In this document: positions 60,837-64,000 of the stretch, piece by piece
Numbering within the stretch: the first letter of the stretch is position 1
Layout: each line of letters begins with the position of its first letter
Source: a bacterium
GTDB lineage: Bacteria; Zhuqueibacterota; Zhuqueibacteria; Residuimicrobiales; Krinioviventaceae
Assembly: GCA_963675755.2 (NCBI GenBank)
Contig: CAXXMD010000003.1
Span: forward strand, 3,424,001 to 3,488,000
Direction of reading: 5' to 3'
Length of the DNA stretch: 64,000 nucleotides
Translations under genes and position numbers: made by a program
The notes under the pieces: model-generated
The model's database searches: none
Seen by the model: the letters and a program-made list of their open reading frames with translations, nothing else
Told to the model about the DNA's origin: nothing

Positions 60837-61547
60837 ATGAAGTTAAGCACGCATTATTATATCCTCTCATTGAGTGTACAAAAGTGCATGCTTTTCGAGG
60901 GCTTTCGTGATAATCTGATTGATATTCAAAATACAAATTTTCCTTTTAATTCTTTTATTGATGTTGATGGTCCTGTTGACGAATCTGTTAGGGACACCCA
61001 ATTAAGAGAATTTTTCCGCCAAACAGACCAGCATTTTAACGTCTATTTCGATCAAGACCCGCTCCGTCTGGTAATTGTTGGCGAAATGAAAAATCTTTCT
61101 GTTTTTGAATCTCTTTTAACACATCGGGATGCATTGATTGGTCTGGTTAGAGGCAGCTTTATTTTAACTTCTCCTCAGGATTTGGGCAAGATTGTTTGGC
61201 CCTTAATTAAAAATGTAATGGCTGGTACTACAGACATTGCTCTCTGTGATCTGGCTGGTGCAGCTAGTGCAAATAATGTGGTTTTTGGAATTGATGCTGT
61301 GGGTTTGTCTGCGGAAATTAAAACAGGACTCACTTTATATGTTGAGGAAGATTATCAAGTCAAGGGAAGTATTCGTAAAGAGAACCAAAAGCTTGTACGT
61401 TCGAATCTAGTGGATATAAATGAAGTCATTGACGATGTGGTTGATCTTGTTATCGAGAAGGTATTGCAAATGGACGGAAACGTTATTTTTATGAATAATG
61501 GTTCATTATCAAAGTTTGAACGAATTGCATTAATTTTTTCAAATTAA
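60837..61547 (+). CDS. baeRF3-like (archaeo-eukaryotic release factor family) protein
   Basis: YYILSLS..C.LFEG, FFRQTD, PLRLVIVG, LYVEEDY, DDVVDLVIEKVL..DGNVIF..RIALI. Confidence 0.7.
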   Translation: MKLSTHYYILSLSVQKCMLFEGFRDNLIDIQNTNFPFNSFIDVDGPVDESVRDTQLREFFRQTDQHFNVYFDQDPLRLVIVGEMKNLSVFESLLTHRDALIGLVRGSFILTSPQDLGKIVWPLIKNVMAGTTDIALCDLAGAASANNVVFGIDAVGLSAEIKTGLTLYVEEDYQVKGSIRKENQKLVRSNLVDINEVIDDVVDLVIEKVLQMDGNVIFMNNGSLSKFERIALIFSN

Positions 61548-61581
61548 CAATTTTAATTGGAATATAGTAAGAGGTAGTAAT

Positions 61582-61854
61582 ATGAATAATAGTGACAGGC
61601 TTCTTTTTGTGGAACTTGCGATCACCCATATGGATAGTTTATACACCAATGCTATTCGTTTGACTCGTAGCGCTATTGGTGCTGAATATCTGGTACAGAA
61701 AACATATACATATGCATATTATTTTTTTACAGAGTTTGATACCAACTCTAATTTTTGTGAATGGATAAATGAGATTTTGATACTTGTTTATAAGAATGAT
61801 CACCCAAGTATTCATGAGCAGGAATATGTTAATTCAGTTCAAATTTGTGTTTGA
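61582..61854 (+). CDS. Truncated ECF sigma-factor region-2 protein (possible remnant)
   Basis: HMDSLYTNAIRLTR...AEYLVQKTY..AY..F...NFCEW; no region 4. Confidence 0.65.
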   Translation: MNNSDRLLFVELAITHMDSLYTNAIRLTRSAIGAEYLVQKTYTYAYYFFTEFDTNSNFCEWINEILILVYKNDHPSIHEQEYVNSVQICV

Positions 61855-61982
61855 ATATAGTATGTAAAAGGTTAGAACATAATAAGGAGAATCATATTAT
61901 TCCAGGTTTTTAAGAATGAGAATTTAATTCATGTTTGTCGATAGAAATATTTAACAATTTTTTTAAATTTAAGAGGTACAAT

Positions 61983-62108
61983 ATGGGCGACAAAGGCAAA
62001 AAAGATCTCGAAAAGAGAAAGTTGCAAAAGGAACAACAGAAAAAGACCAAAAATCGAAAAAAGCAGGAAAATAAAGCGCAAACAACTCTATTTGAAGATA
62101 AAAAGTAA
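61983..62108 (+). CDS. Small lysine-rich protein (41 aa; not in the ORF track)
   Basis: AAGAGG RBS; MGDKGKKDLEKRKLQKEQQKKTKNRKKQENKAQTTLFEDKK. Confidence 0.6.
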   Translation: MGDKGKKDLEKRKLQKEQQKKTKNRKKQENKAQTTLFEDKK

Positions 62109-62247
62109 TATCTGTCCCGAGGAACAAACTTTTGCTGATTATTTCCAGAAATTTGAAAAGGGAAAACTGTTAAATATTGCTTAAAATTAAAAAGCAGCAA
62201 GCCAATAAAAAATCAGAACATTAAAGATGTAAAAGAGAAAGAACAGA

Positions 62248-62568
62248 GTGAAAATGCATAGCGAGGGTAATCTTATTTTTGTAGGAATAAAAATCAGTGA
62301 AAAGCTTCAGGAACAGCTTGATGCAAGCAAGGATTCTGTAAAACCTTATTTTGGAGATAATAATCCGGAATTTCTTCAGATAACTCGAATCGACAATGAA
62401 GAATACATAGGAAAAGAGATTATGAGTGGATCTTCCCTGGAAAAATTAAGCAATATTCAAAAGAATGTAAAAACTATGCTTGGAATGATATGTCCCCGGT
62501 TTCAATTTACCGACAGTTCAATTGTTATAATGGCCATTCACTCTATATCCAGGAGCACTTTTTACTAA
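62248..62568 (+). CDS. Hypothetical protein
   Basis: 106-aa ORF, co-oriented with its neighbours. Confidence 0.65.
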   Translation: MKMHSEGNLIFVGIKISEKLQEQLDASKDSVKPYFGDNNPEFLQITRIDNEEYIGKEIMSGSSLEKLSNIQKNVKTMLGMICPRFQFTDSSIVIMAIHSISRSTFY

Positions 62569-62644
62569 TGAGTACCAGAGGTTGTTACTTGGATTCGAAT
62601 TATAAAAATGTAATAATGAACAATATAATTAAAAGGAAAATACA

Positions 62645-62926
62645 ATGAACATTTATGTTAGTAATCTATCATTCGATGTAACCGAAGATGATTTACGAGA
62701 ACCGTTTGAAGCTTTTGGCAAGATTGACTCCGTTAGAGTTGTTAAAGACAAATACAGTGGTGAATCGAAAGGTTTTGGATTTGTTGAAATGCCTTCAAAA
62801 AATGAAGGGCAGTCAGCAATCGATGGCTTACATGGTAAGGAATTGAAAGGAAAAAGTCTCAATGTTAATGAGGCCAGGTCCCGATCAGATAGAGATAAAC
62901 GTCATGGTGGCAAAAGTCGTTTTTAG
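62645..62926 (+). CDS. RRM (RNP-1) RNA-binding protein
   Basis: RNP2 IYVSNL, RNP1 KGFGFVEM, LNVNEAR. Confidence 0.96.
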   Translation: MNIYVSNLSFDVTEDDLREPFEAFGKIDSVRVVKDKYSGESKGFGFVEMPSKNEGQSAIDGLHGKELKGKSLNVNEARSRSDRDKRHGGKSRF

Positions 62927-63156
62927 ATAATGAATCTATGAATAACATTACATCGTGAATCCCGAACACATTGCGTAGAAAAAAACTCATGGCTTACCTT
63001 TGAAAAAGTTTAAACCTTACAATAATAAAAAAACTTTGTTTGGTTTTTAAAAATCATGAGTTTAGACTTGAAAAGCAGAGTTGCGAGTAAGCTGTCTACA
63101 ATTTTCGTCAGAATATTTCACTGTCAGGTAAAATTTAAAAAAGAGGATTATAATTT

Positions 63157-63354
63157 ATGTCGAATTCAGAAAACATTCGAGGAGGATCACGTACTCCTGG
63201 TGGTCGAGTGAGAGATTTTTTTTCCTGGCTGAGTGGACTTTGGTCACCTAAATATACTCCCCAAAGATCACGCTATGGAGATAATGGTAGAAAATTCATG
63301 AACCGGAATTCAGATCCCGAAGCCAGGATACACGATAATGTAAAGGACCAATAA
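63157..63354 (+). CDS. Hypothetical small protein
   Basis: GAGGA RBS; 65-aa ORF. Confidence 0.45.
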   Translation: MSNSENIRGGSRTPGGRVRDFFSWLSGLWSPKYTPQRSRYGDNGRKFMNRNSDPEARIHDNVKDQ

Positions 63355-63535
63355 AGGATGTAACACAGAATTTGAATGATTACATTGAAAAAAATAAATA
63401 AAAAAAATGTCAATTATCAGGTGTGTTATTGTATCTCTTAACAGAATGCTGTTAATCTTGAGAAAAGGACAGTAGCTGATGAGTTACATTGGTATCTAAT
63501 CCAGTTTTAGCATTTAATAGACATTGGAGAGTGTT

Positions 63536-64000
63536 ATGATCTTTATTATATCGGTAATGGTAACCTTAACCGCTTTTTTTATGTGGCGACGTGCTGTACG
63601 AATGAAAAAGCAAAACAATAATGCATTTAAAACTGTTGCTGCCGGCAGCCTTTTTGCCTTATTTGTGTTTGGACTATTTTCGCTAATTCAATTTTTTACA
63701 CAGGTTCCGGCTGGCCATGTAGGCGTTATTGATGTTTTTGGTATTGTATCAGAGAGAACACTTCCGGCTGGAATTAATATAGTGAATCCATTTGCACGGA
63801 TTATCAAATTCTCAATCCAAACCAAAGAACATAAGGAAACAATGGAAGTACTGTCACGAGAAGGGCTCACCATTGGATTGGAGATTAGTGTGCTTTACCG
63901 ATTGAATCCTGATTCTGCGGCAAGTGTTTATAAAACTGTTGCAGGCGGTGATTATGAATCCATTATTCTCATTCCGCAATTCCGTTCCATCAGCCGCGCT
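63536..64000 (+). CDS. SPFH/prohibitin-family membrane protein (runs off the right edge; not in the ORF track)
   Basis: ATG at 63536 after GGAG; two TM segments, then QVPAGHVGVIDVFG...GINIVNPF...LSREGLTIGLEISVLYRL. Confidence 0.9.
   Translation, partial: MIFIISVMVTLTAFFMWRRAVRMKKQNNNAFKTVAAGSLFALFVFGLFSLIQFFTQVPAGHVGVIDVFGIVSERTLPAGINIVNPFARIIKFSIQTKEHKETMEVLSREGLTIGLEISVLYRLNPDSAASVYKTVAGGDYESIILIPQFRSISRA

Overview
AT-rich bacterial chromosomal window. Many proteins end in YPNPFNP-type C-terminal sorting/FlgD-Ig domains, which suggests an FCB-group organism (KSB1/Calditrichota/Ignavibacteria-like; this is inference). From left to right: (1) a FN3/FG-GAP secreted protein, a FISUMP protein and a hybrid AraC-type sensor kinase; (2) a tandem array of four secreted proteins with variable N-termini and mosaic conserved C-termini, lying behind groEL, with copies of the groEL terminator after three of the four genes and an intact IS481-family element inserted at one stop codon; (3) groES-groEL with a perfect CIRCE, khpA, rlmH, an aminotransferase, an ACT protein and paaK; (4) a 5-kb accessory stretch in which six copies of a ~135-bp multi-hairpin element alternate with secreted or outer-membrane genes and form a 296-bp tandem repeat that carries the 3' end of a hydrolase gene; (5) hydrolases and carbohydrate-active enzymes (DUF5107-TPR, GH43, GH28, MuiA-like, NlpC/P60); (6) the main highlight, a ~20-kb curli (type VIII secretion, functional amyloid) locus with a sensor kinase, a sigma54 activator, two matching sigma54 promoter/enhancer architectures, csgE-csgF-csgG (CsgG fused to a beta-barrel), eight divergent large curlin genes, a MotB/OmpA-like protein and a TolB-propeller lipoprotein; (7) a NarL regulator, baeRF3-like protein, truncated sigma factor, small basic protein, RRM protein and SPFH gene. 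No rRNA, tRNA or CRISPR array was seen. All calls come from reading the sequence; no database searches were run.
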